A stretch of 63,593 nt of DNA, the filler included, from Octopus bimaculoides (lineage: Eukaryota): assembly GCF_001194135.2 (NCBI RefSeq). It is 6 parts of 5 records of this genome, joined end to end, with 100 filler letters (N's around TTAATTAATTAA, not from the genome) between each part and the next. Parts side by side here need not be neighbours in the genome. Positions count along the whole stretch, not along the records: positions 47,413 to 61,952 come from NC_068992.1; positions 62,053 to 63,593 come from NC_068987.1; 4 more parts are not named here. One strand, 5' to 3'. The first letter of the stretch is position 1, and the number at the start of each line of letters is the position of its first letter. The position numbers were made by a program, and so were the translations under genes. Positions 49,002 to 62,173 of this stretch are shown piece after piece. The notes under the pieces are model-generated. The model was not told the DNA's origin and did not search any database. It was given only the letters and a program-made list of their open reading frames with translations.

Positions 49002-50511
49002 TGAGTGCGTGTGTTTTATGTTTGTATGTATCGACGGTACAATCGACTGATACCGTTTCCAGATAAGAATTTGTAAGTTCATACTTGAAGTGAGCAAGAG
49101 AAAGCAAACACTTCCGCTATTTCATTGGAATACGGACAATGTAAAAATTGCTAAGAGTTCCTTTTCTTTCCTTATATTTTTAGCTATCATGGTGTAGCTA
49201 AATTTAAGTTGAACCAGGTATGAAAGATGTACGAGGTAGCTTTGATATACTAGACATAACAGCTAGACCTTTCAGAAATTGTGTCATGATAATATGTAAT
49301 ACATACTCAAGTATATGGTTTTAAATATAAAACATTCATTAGGAAATATAGACGTAGATAGTATTCTGCACAAAAACAAGATGGAATATATTTAAATATG
49401 TTGGTTTCTCGGATTAGGTATTTAAAATACAATAACAAACAACCATAACCATATTAGTGATCCTATTACCTCTAATATGGCAAGCAGAACGATGGATATA
49501 GTTGGCTGTGGAGGGCTAATAAAACCAAAACACACACTGAGTTGTCTGCCTTACTTTCTAAGTTCATATATCAATATTAACCATTGAGATGTTTTTCTTC
49601 TCCTCCTCCCTAAACATGTATTATTCCTCTTCCTACTAATTTATGTGGGAGTCCCTAAATTTACGCAACAAGGAGTAAAAGTTAGACGAAAGCAGAACAA
49701 ACGGAAAACTAGACAAAAGCTTAACGGACGGAAGTTTAGGCAAAAACACGATACACAGAATATTCGCAGCTGATTTCCTCGTCAGTCAATGACCCCAAAA
49801 TATCATAGTGGCTTCGCGCCATTTACCATTGAGATCACTCAACTTTGGAGGCGCCAGAGCATTATTCCTCTGAGGAAAAGTTAGCGAATGTATACTAAGA
49901 CAAAAACAAACAAGACATATAAATGCAACAGCCAAAGAATTATGCATATATAACAGAACGAAGCCTTGCGGATATATACAACAGAGGAGAGAGAATAATT
50001 ATATATATACCACAAATACAACAGAATGAACATTGCAGTTATCGAACGAACTTGGTGGGTTGGCACAAAGTTGAAATGGAGAACGTCCAAGGGGACATAG
50101 CAGGAGCACAGATCAGCATATATTCAGACATGCATATATTCAGACATGCATACATATACATATATGTGTGNNNNNNNNNNNNNNNNNNNNNNNNNNNNNN
50201 NNNNNNNNNNNNNNNNNNNNNNNNNNNNNNNNNNNNNNNNNNNNNNNNNNNNNNNNNNNNNNNNNNNNNNNNNNNNNNNNNNNNNNNNNNNNNNNNNNNN
50301 NNNNNNNNNNNNNNNNNNNNNNNNNNNNNNNNNNNNNNNNNNNNNNNNNNNNNNNNNNNNNNNNNNNNNNNNNNNNNNNNNNNNNNNNNNNNNNNNNNNN
50401 NNNNNNNNNNNNNNNNNNNNNNNNNNNNNNNNNNNNNNNNNNNNNNNNNNNNNNNNNNNNNNNNNNNNNNNNNNNNNNNNNNNNNNNNNNNNNNNNNNNN
50501 NNNNNNNNNNN

Positions 50512-50543
<32 letters not shown>

Positions 50544-50829
50544 TATCAGGCTTCTTTATTTGTGAATTAAGGCTACCATTGGTTTCATGTTAAGAAAAGT
50601 AGGAAAATATCCTAGTGTCATAGACAATTTTTCAAGCTGATCACATGGGGAAAGGTAATATACATACATACGCCAATGCATGTATTTATAAATATGCTCA
50701 TATATGAATGTCTTTATATGCATGAATGTTTGTGGACACACACCCATATATATATATATATGTACATACACATACACCTCACACACACACAGATATACTA
50801 TCTCCATCAGTGTAATCACCTTTTCAGTG

Positions 50830-51150
50830 GCGATTCTTATGCGATTGTCTTTTGATGAAGAAGGGAGTTTGAGACAACTGCCCTCTTTTGAATTTCTTGC
50901 TGTGATGTAAGTTTATCTGGGATCCCGGAGAGCAAGAGGTCAAGTCATTTCTCGAAAATATACACCCCTACATTATGATAATGCCTCAGATGCATTTGTC
51001 AAGGTATTAAATAGGTATGGGTCCTTGAATACCAAGCTACTGCAGTACATGGCCCTAGCTCTAGACGTGATAGCTGGGTCCTTTGGAAGAGTACGGTACC
51101 CTTCAGCTTGGTGGTTAGTATAGCTCTTGATGCCAAATTTTGATGCTAAC
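50830..51150 (-). mobile_element. CR1/L2-group LINE 3' end fragment (decayed)
   Basis: KFGIKSYTN...MYCSSLVFKDPYLFNTL...LDLLLSGIPDKLTSQQE...VSNSLLHQ across broken frames. Confidence 0.5.
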
Positions 51151-52140
51151 CCCTCATATATACATAAATGTATGAAAATATATACGTGCATATATCCGAA
51201 TATATATATATGGCCGCAGCTCTAGGCTGAAACTTTAAAAAAAAAAAAAAAAATATATATATATATGCATTTCACTTTGCATTTATATATTTATGAATGT
51301 ATGTGTGTGTGTGAAAATGTACATTATCATGAATGATAGAATTCTATTCCACGGTATGTGAATGGTTTCCTCAAGTTAAGAATGACTGGTTGGTTGGCTG
51401 TCTTTGAAAACAATTCCTTGAACAAGAAACCGCATTGTTTCACCCACCCCGAATACCTAACTNNNNNNNNNNNNNNNNNNNNNNNNNNNNNNNNNNNNNN
51501 NNNNNNNNNNNNNNNNNNNNNNNNNNNNNNNNNNNNNNNNNNNNNNNNNNNNNNNNNNNNNNNNNNNNNNNNNNNNNNNNNNNNNNNNNNNNNNNNNNNN
51601 NNNNNNNNNNNNNNNNNNNNNNNNNNNNNNNNNNNNNNNNNNNNNNNNNNNNNNNNNNNNNNNNNNNNNNNNNNNNNNNNNNNNNNNNNNNNNNNNNNNN
51701 NNNNNNNNNNNNNNNNNNNNNNNNNNNNNNNNNNNNNNNNNNNNNNNNNNNNNNNNNNNNNNNNNNNNNNNNNNNNNNNNNNNNNNNNNNNNNNNNNNNN
51801 NNNNNNNNNNNNNNNNNNNNNNNNNNNNNNNNNNNNNNNNNNNNNNNNNNNNNNNNNNNNNNNNNNNNNNNNNNNNNNNNNNNNNNNNNNNNNNNNNNNN
51901 NNNNNNNNNNNNNNNNNNNNNNNNNNNNNNNNNNNNNNNNNNNNNNNNNNNNNNNNNNNNNNNNNNNNNNNNNNNNNNNNNNNNNNNNNNNNNNNNNNNN
52001 NNNNNNNNNNNNNNNNNNNNNNNNNNNNNNNNNNNNNNNNNNNNNNNNNNNNNNNNNNNNNNNNNNNNNNNNNNNNNNNNNNNNNNNNNNNNNNNNNATA
52101 TATATCTGTGTGTATATCTATCTATCTATCTATCTGTCTG

Positions 52141-52199
<59 letters not shown>

Positions 52200-53218
52200 G
52201 TCTATCTATCTATCATTGGCCCTTTCTCTCTATGCATGTATATATTCCTCTTTCGCTATCTTTCCATCTGCCCCTATCCGTCTACGTATCTACTTACCTA
52301 CATATACATGTATAAATTGATAGGTAAAGAAAAACGTCGCGATAAACGTGTGTGTGTGTGTATATGCATGAATGATACACCTATGCTATATCATGCATTT
52401 ACTCACAAACACTTCACATCTTATTTTTCGAATGATGTTTGTTTGGTAAAGTTCTACATATTGGGCAAAAGGTTGTTTCATTCAAACTTTATAAGTCTTC
52501 ATTGCGTAGTGGGCGAGGCTGGAGAGGCAGTTTTCTAAGCTCTCTTAACAGCCGCGTTTAACATGTGTATGTCTATATTTGTGTATGAATATATGTGTGG
52601 ATCAATATGTATGTATGCGTGCGTATGTGTGTGTGTGTGTATGTATATATACATGTATATGCGGATATGCATATGGGTATGTGTATATATATATATATAT
52701 ATATNNNNNNNNNNNNNNNNNNNNNNNNNNNNNNNNNNNNNNNNNNNNNNNNNNNNNNNNNNNNNNNNNNNNNNNNNNNNNNNNNNNNNNNNNNNNNNNN
52801 NNNNNNNNNNNNNNNNNNNNNNNNNNNNNNNNNNNNNNNNNNNNNNNNNNNNNNNNNNNNNNNNNNNNNNNNNNNNNNNNNNNNNNNNNNNNNNNNNNNN
52901 NNNNNNNNNNNNNNNNNNNNNNNNNNNNNNNNNNNNNNNNNNNNNNNNNNNNNNNNNNNNNNNNNNNNNNNNNNNNNNNNNNNNNNNNNNNNNNNNNNNN
53001 NNNNNNNNNNNNNNNNNNNNNNNNNNNNNNNNNNNNNNNNNNNNNNNNNNNNNNNNNNNNNNNNNNNNNNNNNNNNNNNNNNNNNNNNNNNNNNNNNNNN
53101 NNNNNNNNNNNNNNNNNNNNNNNNNNNNNNNNNNNNNNNNNNNNNNNNNNNNNNNNNNNNNNNNNNNNNNNNNNNNNNNNNNNNNNNNNNNNNNNNNNNN
53201 NNNNNNNNNNNNNNNNNN

Positions 53219-53259
<41 letters not shown>

Positions 53260-53760
53260 CACACGCACATACATACATATATACACACATGTATACACAT
53301 AGTATACACCCCCACGCATACAATATTTATATGCGTATATGTATGTATGTATGTATGCATGCATGCATGTATGCACGTGTGTATGTGTGTTGTTCTTTTT
53401 ATTTGAATACTTTCACCGAACATACGTTGGATTCTTTATAGGCACAAGGCCATACACATTTTTGTTTGTTCTGTTGTTTTTGTGGTAAAATATTCAATTA
53501 AATAGACCCAAGTATTTAACTGGTATTATTCTACCGATCCCACAGGAAAGATTAAAGTTAAAATCAACTCGGAATGTAGAGTGACTCAACTAAGTATCGC
53601 CAAGACATTTCATGCTCGTTTTTTTTTTTTGTTTTTTTTCTTCTTCTAATTCACCACTTCCATTTTGACTGTCTTTTGAATGACGTTGTCAATCTACTGC
53701 CGCCATTATTTTTGTTGTTTAGGAAATTATTCACATTGAAATGGAAGTATTATATGGTAT

Positions 53761-53902
53761 GAATTCTCTGTTCCATATGATAACAATATTGATGCTGTTC
53801 AGATTAGGGAAAGGCTAGAAGACTATGCAGAAGCTGGTTGGAGTGCAGTACACTTTCCTGTAGAGGTTGGATGTCGGGGTTTTATCGGGACTAGATTGAG
53901 AC
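53761..53902 (+). mobile_element. HERO-like restriction-like endonuclease (RLE) LINE fragment
   Basis: In frame EFSVPYDNNIDAVQIRERLEDYAEAGWSAVHFPVEVGCRGFIGTRLR; ELTVP and FPVEVGCRGF are typical of this RLE type. Confidence 0.7.
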
Positions 53903-53903
53903 A

Positions 53904-54358
53904 TATTATTATTAATATTGCCTTTGCACAGCTTCTAACACTGAGGTGTACTACAGTGTCAGCTGTTCACTACCATTGAACTAAGGTAACACCTCTTATT
54001 TTTCGAGCGGTTCCAAGCAGTGCTGTTTTCTGAAAGTGTTCCACCCTTATTGTAACCCCTATTTGTTCCACGAACTTCTCGAGATTTTTGCTCACTGTTC
54101 CCATGGCTCCGACAATTATTGGTACTATTGCTACCTTTTTCATCGACCACAACTTCTTAACTTCCCAAGCTAGCCTGTCATATCTCTCGACTTTTCTTTC
54201 TTCCTTATCGCATACCTTGTTGTCAGCTGGGCATGCTATATCTATGATCCAGCATCGTTTGTTTTCTTTCTTAATTAAGACTATGTCCGGCTTCCTATTC
54301 TTTATTGCATGGTCGCACTTAATCATAAAATCCCATAGGATCTTTGCATTTCTATTTT
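53904..54358 (-). mobile_element. 5'-truncated R4/Dong-like LINE: RLE domain, 3'UTR and (TAA)n tail
   Basis: KILWDFMIKCDHAIKNRKPDIVLI...IIDIACPAD..V.DKEERKVERYDRLAWEVKKLW...VPIIVGAMG...QKTALLGTARKI; (TAA)n-like sequence at both ends. Confidence 0.88.
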
Positions 54359-54386
54359 GTTGTTATTATTATTATTATCATTGTTG

Positions 54387-54443
<57 letters not shown>

Positions 54444-55340
54444 GAAAACTCAGCTTATTTTGCTGGCTATGATAGAAAATGTCAGTTGTCCACAACCAGC
54501 AAACTAAGGTGACACTTGTTTACTGGTCATGCTTCGAGAACACTGCGAAGAATTCTTGCACTTTCAAGCAATGCTGATTTTTGTAGGTGTCATACCTTTA
54601 CACTTACACCGATCTTTTTCAGCCATGTTGGTAGTTGAGTGCTGATACTTCCAAGTGCCTATAGTGGAAAGGAATGTTACTATTATTATTATTATTATTA
54701 TCATCATTATTGTTGTTGTTGTTGTTATCGCTGTTGTTGTTGTTGCTACGACTGTTGTTGTTGATAATGAGAACGCTTTTCGAATTAAAACATCACTGGA
54801 ATATGTTATAGTCTATTTCGCAGAAAGATTTTTATTTCTCTGGATATATGAAGTTATTTTAGCAGACACAGAAAGTTTAAGTTTGCTTGAAAAAAATTAT
54901 TACAATTCCTTTTTAACTAAGTTTTCTAAACACATTAAGTAATAGAAATAGAGATGACAATTTATTATATTGTCAAGAGACATTAAAAAATGTTTTATTC
55001 TAACCATAGAAAATATATTTTATATACATACATACATACATGCGCACACTCACATACAGCATTCTCTCTGTCTCTCTCTCTGTCTCTCTCAAAATACGAG
55101 AGTAGAAAAACAGCCAACAACTGATGAAGGCTCGTTCTTTATGTTGTTTGTCTTGTTTTCCATTTGTGTCTTTCGTTGTTCGAAAAAATAGTTCATATTC
55201 CATGTACTCGTCCTTCGTATTCTTTTGTTGTACACGTTTCGTGACGCCCTGTGCCCACATATGCATATATATATATATGCATATGTACTAAACTGACCCA
55301 GCTTTGGAGGGGGTAACATAGCACTGCTGGGTACGGTATC

Positions 55341-56092
55341 TGTCATAAATACGAGAGCATAGATTTGGGAATGGCAGTTGGTGTAAGCGCGGTTGGCGTA
55401 AACACAGCAGCCAGTGAAGATGGACAGAGCAGTCGGTGTACAAGCGATGAGCCAGTGAAGATGGACAGAGCGGTCGGTGATAAGTCTGACAGAAAGAGAC
55501 TAAGAGAGAGAGGCTATTGACACAAGGTACCAGTGACCGAAATGGATAGAGTCTGAGAGAGAGAGGGACAGAGAGATGGAACTGTTGTGGCAGGCAAAAG
55601 ATCGTAGTAGACTACGTTGGTCAGTTCTTGTCGATGTAGTGGGAGATTTGAAGGAAAGAAAATTCTTGCGGTGAAGGTTTGTTTACATTTCTTTAAAGAA
55701 AAGTGTACTTGCGTTGTTATATGTTTTTGTGAAGAACTTTTGTTAACTGGCAGAAAAGAAAAGAGAGAACTTTGTTGTTACATGTTGTTAAAAGAAAAGA
55801 AAAGCAAAAGAAGCAAAAAGAACTTTGATTGTAAACTTTATGATTATGTGAAATGATTGTAGACTTTGTAATTGTTCTGAAATTTTGTTAAATGCTTGGA
55901 AACGCTATAGTTACATGTGTTATTTCAGAAGCAAGTACTATGTTATTGAATTATTGTTATGCAATGTTGTTTTGTATTGTGATGTAAAAAAAAAATACTT
56001 TCACTACGCAACGTATGGTCTGTGTTATTTCTTCCTTTCTGTTGTCATCGTTAAGTGCTCTCCGCCGGGTTTAATGGCGAACATCCTGACTC
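55341..56092 (+). mobile_element. Putative LTR-like repeat
   Basis: Starts TGTCA and ends ...CCTGAC(T); internal ~31-bp direct repeat gccagtgaagatggacagagc.gtcggtg; no TSD or PBS found. Confidence 0.3.
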
Positions 56093-56174
56093 ACTGAGCG
56101 TCGACGTTCGCGCACGCGAGTTTTCTCTTCGTTGAGGTGCTCCGCGCGGGCGTTCGTAACAATATATTTGAAAA

Positions 56175-56400
56175 ATATGTAATGAGCATTATTTAAACTT
56201 GTTTTTTATATATCACTCTGTGTAAAACCAGTTTTCTGGAGTCCATCTACGGATTTGCAATATAGAATTGTGATGAACCATAACCTTGGACCCTGCCTCA
56301 AGAATAGCCGGAGTTCTTCGCTAATCTAAATAATAGTGTTAGCCTGGACAGCTTACGAAGTATTTTGTCCGGATTGATAATACCTCTCTATTAGCTCCTC
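56175..56400. repeat. Duplicate of 35620-35870
   Basis: See 35620-35870. Confidence 0.8.
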
Positions 56401-56406
56401 TTTTGT

Positions 56407-56439
<33 letters not shown>

Positions 56440-56594
56440 TAGAAATAATTTTTTTATTCTCAAACGCGTAATAATGCTAATAAATAGCGTGTTCAGGATA
56501 AATTATCGATACATTGCAGAAAAATACGTTACTGGCCAGCCATATATATATATATATGCATGTACGTGTGTGTATCTTTGTTCTTTCTCATTTG

Positions 56595-56768
56595 ACCATC
56601 GGAGTTTGTTTTGTTTCCGTCCCCGTACTTGGCGGTTCGGCAAAAGAACCAATAAAATGAGTATCAAACTTTAAGCAATAAGTAGTGAAGTCGATTTGTT
56701 CGACTAAAGCCTTTCGAGGCGTTGCTCCAGCATGGCCACTGTCGAATGACTGAAACAAGCTAAAAAAG
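56595..56768 (+). mobile_element. SINE family B 3' half
   Basis: cttggcggttcggcaaaagaaccaataaaatgagta...gctccagcatggcc...gaatgactgaaacaag. Confidence 0.7.
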
Positions 56769-57764
56769 ATAAACGAAGTTAACTACCATTTTCGGTTAAT
56801 AATTTCTTAAACTTTTTCATTGAAATAATTTTGCACAATATTTTAATCTAAGGAATTTGCTGTTACACATTTCAAGTTAATATTTTCTATTGCACAATTT
56901 CTGTCATGTAAATCATTTTCTTTTTAACAATTCTAGTGAAGCAACATTTTAAAAAATAAGCTTTTATGTAATAAAAGACATTAGATATTTTCCATTAGCA
57001 TTTTATGTTAACATTCTTTTTATATTAAAAATGGTTTAACTTGTTATTAATAACATTTTGCTTTAAAATCTTTATCATTAAAACATACTCAACGTATATG
57101 TATTATTGAAAAGTTAGCGGCTGTAGTTTTCGTACCCATAAAATCCCTTTATAGAAATACTGTGTTAAATAAGACAATGTTTTCAGATCTTGGCGAAACG
57201 AAACCATCTCATGTGTGAATGCGATACGTATTTCATTACTGTTGTAGTTTCTCAACGTCACATACTTGTGTCACTTCCGAAACGAAATCGAATCAGTAAG
57301 TCCGAAGCATATAGTGGTTGTGTACAATCTATACACTGGTTTGTAGAGGCGCCGCATAAACAGAATATAATTCGAATTATGCAACAGGAAAACACATCCA
57401 TTTAAATATTTTTGTTAAAAAATTACGATAAACACGTATTGTTCCTCAAGTAGTCGTAGTAGGTATTACAAGGGAGATAATAATTACTTCATAATATTTG
57501 GTAGGATTAGAAATTTGAATCTGAAATTAAGTAACTAGTATTAATTTTCTGGTAAAATGTTTGAGAGAAACAGCTTACGGCATAGATGGTAAGCAGTTTC
57601 CGCAAAGCATTTTCGAATAAACTATGAGATATATAATATTTTTAATAATATAATATTGTAAAACATGTTTCGTTAAGTGTATGACAAAACGCAAGAATCG
57701 ACTTAACATTGATAATTAATAATCAAGTTACTATCTAGCTTACTTCCTTTAATCCTCTTAAATA

Positions 57765-57972
57765 CGAGATAGCCCGACCATGAAAAACGAAGGTGAAGAT
57801 AGTACCTATTAATATCGGGTGCTTGGGAAAAGTGTCAGAATATAAAGGCAATCGGAATAGAGTGCCCAGTAGAGTTGTTACAAAAGTTTTGATAACATAT
57901 AGCACAGGACCTTAGGCTGCATGTTGCAAGCCCGTTACGCATGTAAGACTCCAGGAGTTTCAACAAAACCTA

Positions 57973-58035
<63 letters not shown>
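57765..58035 (+). mobile_element. R4/Dong-like LINE 3' end with (TAA)n tail
   Basis: gagatagcccgac...gtacctattaatatcgggtgcttggga...agagtgcccagtagagttgttacaaaa...ccaggagtttcaacaaaacct, then (TAA)n; similar to 59140-59465. Confidence 0.65.
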
Positions 58036-58038
<3 letters not shown>

Positions 58039-58387
58039 TAATAAGAGCACTCAGAGAGCGCAAACCTCCACCAAGGCAACACCAAAGTCCTCTTAACAAT
58101 TAGCCAAAGATGATTTTTAAAATTAGAATATCTGAAATAAACTTGACTGCTCTCACAAACGAGAATACTAAAAATGAACTCAACTGCTCTCAAAAATTAA
58201 GTAAAAGAAAACCAGGAAAAATAATCCAGAATCCTTGTCCGGTACTGGATCGATCTCAAAATCTAATCAGTTCATGTCAGTCACGAGGCCAAACATCCTT
58301 GAAAGTTTCATCCGAATCCATCCATCCGTTTTTGAGATACCTTGTCCACGAACAAACACTCGAAGAAACACGACAGAAAAAAAAAAT

Positions 58388-58605
58388 GTGGGATGCAATG
58401 ATTTAGTGCAATCGTCTTACCAGACATTGGAAACCAGAGATTGTCGTAGTGAGAAAAAAAAGAAAAAGAAAGAACATGCATGATAATCGACATAGCATAT
58501 CCCGATGACAACAGGGTCAAAGAGAAAGAAGAAGAAAACCTGAACAACTATGACGATTTGAAGTGGGAAATACGAAGGTTGTGGTCAATGAGAGTAGACG
58601 TGGTA
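58388..58605 (+). mobile_element. R4/Dong-like RLE fragment
   Basis: WDAMI*C...HWKPEIVVV...CMIIDIAYPDDNRVKEKEEENLNNYDDLKWEIRRLWSMR. Confidence 0.75.
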
Positions 58606-59465
58606 TCAACAAAGGACTACACAATCAATTCTATGTAGCCACAACTGAAGTTGCTGGAGAATATAAGAAAAGAACACTGAAAAATGAAACTCAGGGCACT
58701 ATACTTGCAGCACAGGAACAAACAGCTATGGCCACAAATTGGAGAATTAGTTTCAGAAGTAAGTGTCTTTATTGTGCCGAATTTTCAATGGATTTTATGA
58801 AACTATTGTCCATATTGTAAACGAATGTCCTAGACTGGCCCTAAACCAGTATAAGTTGAGGCGACATGAGATGATGTGGCAAAAGTTCTACATTGTAAGC
58901 TGGAGAAAGTGGTGGTTAGAGAGGTAAGACATGGTACGATCTCAAACGAGAGAGAGTGACTAAGTCGAAGACTTGTAAAATCCTGAGTGATATCGCGTTT
59001 CAAATGAACCTGGTGCTTGAACACAACAAATCAGAACTACTGGTGGTGGATAAGCAAACCATGTGTGTTCTATAATTGTCGTTCAATGCCTATTTGACCC
59101 ACGGATAGTTAAGAAGGCGATTCTTTTAATCCTTTCAAATACGGGATAGCCCGACTGTAGCAGATGAAAAAGGTGAATATGGTGCAAATTATTGTTAGGG
59201 TCTTGGAGACAGTATCTGAAGGTATTGAGTGGTCAGCGTTCAAGACAATATATCCGAAGGTATTGAGTGGAACGTAAAGGAAGTGGAAATAAAGTGCTCA
59301 GTAGAGATGTTGCAAAAAGTTTACCTCCTTGGCACTGCCTCAATCATCTGGAAAGTAGTAGATGATTGAAGAGAACAAATATGATGGTACCGAAGGTTGT
59401 AGGTAGCAAGCTTGCAATTCATACAAAATTCCAGGAGTTCCCACGAAACCTGAATTACAAAAATA
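58606..59465 (+). mobile_element. R4/Dong-like LINE 3' portion (zinc knuckle, RLE, 3'UTR), decayed
   Basis: KGLHNQF...LKNETQGTILAAQEQ, CLYC...HIVNECPRLA.NQYK.RH, KIL.D...EHNK.ELLVVDK, IVRVLETVS, VEMLQKVYLLGTASII. Confidence 0.8.
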
Positions 59466-59858
59466 ATACTATATAAAATCCGATAATTCAGAAACTCATT
59501 AATTCTTTTACAAATAATATATATTATAAAGACTCTTCCGTCTCAGACTGATGTCAATTAGTCTGAAGTTGAAATAATTGAAAATATTGATTAACTGACT
59601 GATAAAAAACTCGAAATAATACATCGTAATTATTCATGACATATCTACCATAAAACAGTAAAGGATAATTGATTTGAGTCTCTCAGAAAATCTGTAAATT
59701 TTATTTAATCGACATCAGTGTATTACTGGTTGTGTTTATTAATTTGTCTTAGAATTGGCTCTCTATTGATGCTTGTATGGTGTTGTGGTTGTCATTGTCT
59801 TCAACGCTGACCAATCTCGCCACAGGACAATTTCTGGCCAATAGAAAGACAGAAAGAT

Positions 59859-59899
<41 letters not shown>

Positions 59900-60575
59900 N
59901 NNNNNNNNNNNNNNNNNNNNNNNNNNNNNNNNNNNNNNNNNNNNNNNNNNNNNNNNNNNNNNNNNNNNNNNNNNNNNNNNNNNNNNNNNNNNNNNNNNNN
60001 NNNNNNNNNNNNNNNNNNNNNNNNNNNNNNNNNNNNNNNNNNNNNNNNNNNNNNNNNNNNNNNNNNNNNNNNNNNNNNNNNNNNNNNNNNNNNNNNNNNN
60101 NNNNNNNNNNNNNNNNNNNNNNNNNNNNNNNNNNNNNNNNNNNNNNNNNNNNNNNNNNNNNNNNNNNNNNNNNNNNNNNNNNNNNNNNNNNNNNNNNNNN
60201 NNNNNNNNNNNNNNNNNNNNNNNNNNNNNNNNNNNNNNNNNNNNNNNNNNNATATATATATATATATATTATATCTTTTCACTTCTGAAAGAAAATATTT
60301 CCCCAGCGTTCGCTATTTTTACCCTCGTTCTGGTCTAACGACCCTCCATGTTTGCTTTCGTTCTGTTTCCTTGTTTGTCTCCACTGTTCTGTTTTTGTTC
60401 CCATCTTTGACCCTCCAGTGTCTTTCGCCTACTGGTGCAGTGTTAACACTATTTACTCAACTGCTTGAGCCCACTACTTGAAGTGAGGTACCAGGGTATG
60501 GCACTAGGAGCCATCAAGTGAGAGATTAGCAGTTAAATGTGTACCAATGATGCCTTTCCACCTGACCATTCCTGG

Positions 60576-60827
60576 TAAGGGGCAGTACCAAACGTAATAC
60601 CTCTATTCAGAGTCTCCTAAGGGGCAGTACCAAACGTAATACCTCTATTCAGAGTCTCCTAAGGGGCAGTACCAAACGTAATACCTCTATTCAGAGTCTC
60701 CTAAGGGGCAGTACCAAACGTAATACCTCTATTCAGAGTCTCCTAAGGGGCAGTACCAAACGTAATACCTCTATTCAGAGTCTCCTAAGGGGCAGTACCA
60801 AACGTAATACCTCTATTCAGTGTCTCC
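60576..60827. repeat. 42-bp tandem repeat x6 (TAAGGGGCAGTACCAAACGTAATACCTCTATTCAGAGTCTCC)
   Basis: Units start at 60576, 60618, 60660, 60702, 60744, 60786; five identical, the last with one A>T. Confidence 0.97.
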
Positions 60828-61830
60828 TACATTTCTGTGCTTGTCACAGAAAAAATTAATATCTAAACCGAAATATTTATTCGATGGTAATGTCATGTTT
60901 TGTGTTTTATAATTTATGTAATTTATGTGTTTATAATTTATGCTTCATAATTTATGCTTTATGATTAATTTTTTACACTTCTTGTGTTTTATAATTTATG
61001 TATAATTTATGTGAATGGAGAAAAAAAATATTCTAGGATTTAGCAAACTGAATTAATAAGATTCAGAGATTTTAGCGGGTTAAGCTTTAGTTATAACCAT
61101 TCATAATAACCGAATTTTGTTTAAACTCGGCGTAGAAAATGGTGATGGTGCAATTTGTCACAAGGTGTTTTTATTTTTATTCTATGAATTCTTTCTTTCA
61201 TTTCAGAGTGGTGTGATGGTTCCTTCTGTTAGGAAATGGGGAGTGGTTTCGAACGGGTGTATGCATTCGAAAGTAATTTTTTTACATTGCGCGCGTGCAT
61301 GTGTGTATATGTGCGTTTGTGTTGTTCTTAAGTGTGTATCTGTGTGTATCTATGCATAGGTGTGTGTGTTAGATGATGGGTGAGTTAGATGAATGAGAGT
61401 TAAATATTCTTATTGGGCAATGAGGTTCGACTAATTTTGGTATCGGAAAAGATCAGGTGAGAATTAGTGGCAGAGACAACAACACAAAGAATGGAACTTC
61501 TGAAAAAAAAAAAAAAATAAACCCCACCAAAAAAGAAAGCAACAATAACAAGAACAAAAACCACAATGATAAAATAAAAAAAAACAAAACAGAATAACAA
61601 AAGAAGTCTCTTGGAACAAAAGAAAGAATGCGGTAAATCAAAGCAGTAATAAAATAAAATAAAATAAAATAATGCACAAATAACAAATAAGTAAGACTAA
61701 AAAAAAAAAAAAAAGGAGCGTGAGGATGATATAAGAGAACATACAGGGGCGCTGCGAGGAGTAATATCACATTGAAGGGGAGGGCTGAGGTGTTAGGGTC
61801 AGGGTGGTGATGATGATGGTTACGATAATG

Positions 61831-61865
<35 letters not shown>

Positions 61866-61875
61866 CAACATATTA

Positions 61876-61926
<51 letters not shown>

Positions 61927-62173
61927 GTAGTAGTAGTAGTAGTAGTAGTTGTNNNNNNNNNNNNNNNNNNNNNNNNNNNNNNNNNNNNNNNNNNNNTTAA
62001 TTAATTAANNNNNNNNNNNNNNNNNNNNNNNNNNNNNNNNNNNNNNNNNNNNGTTGTGAATTCTTGGTAGGGAAGAAGAAGGAGGGGAGGAGGAGAAGAA
62101 GAAGAAGAAGAAGAAGAAGAAGAAGAAGAAGAAGAAGAAGAAGAAGAAGAAGAAGAAGAAGAAGAAGAAGAAG

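Noticed and set aside
55115-55258. CTGATGA on plus and GAAACGTGTA on minus strand in a repeat
   Set aside because: The halves are on opposite strands and neither has its partner; at most a truncated relic.
56070-56091. GTCAGGATG (tRNA-Leu 5' end-like) / TGGCG primer-binding-site-like motif
   Set aside because: Only 9 nt match, no cloverleaf, and position does not fit a PBS.
60576-60827. CRISPR-like regular repeat
   Set aside because: Head-to-tail repeats with no spacers, eukaryotic context, no cas genes.
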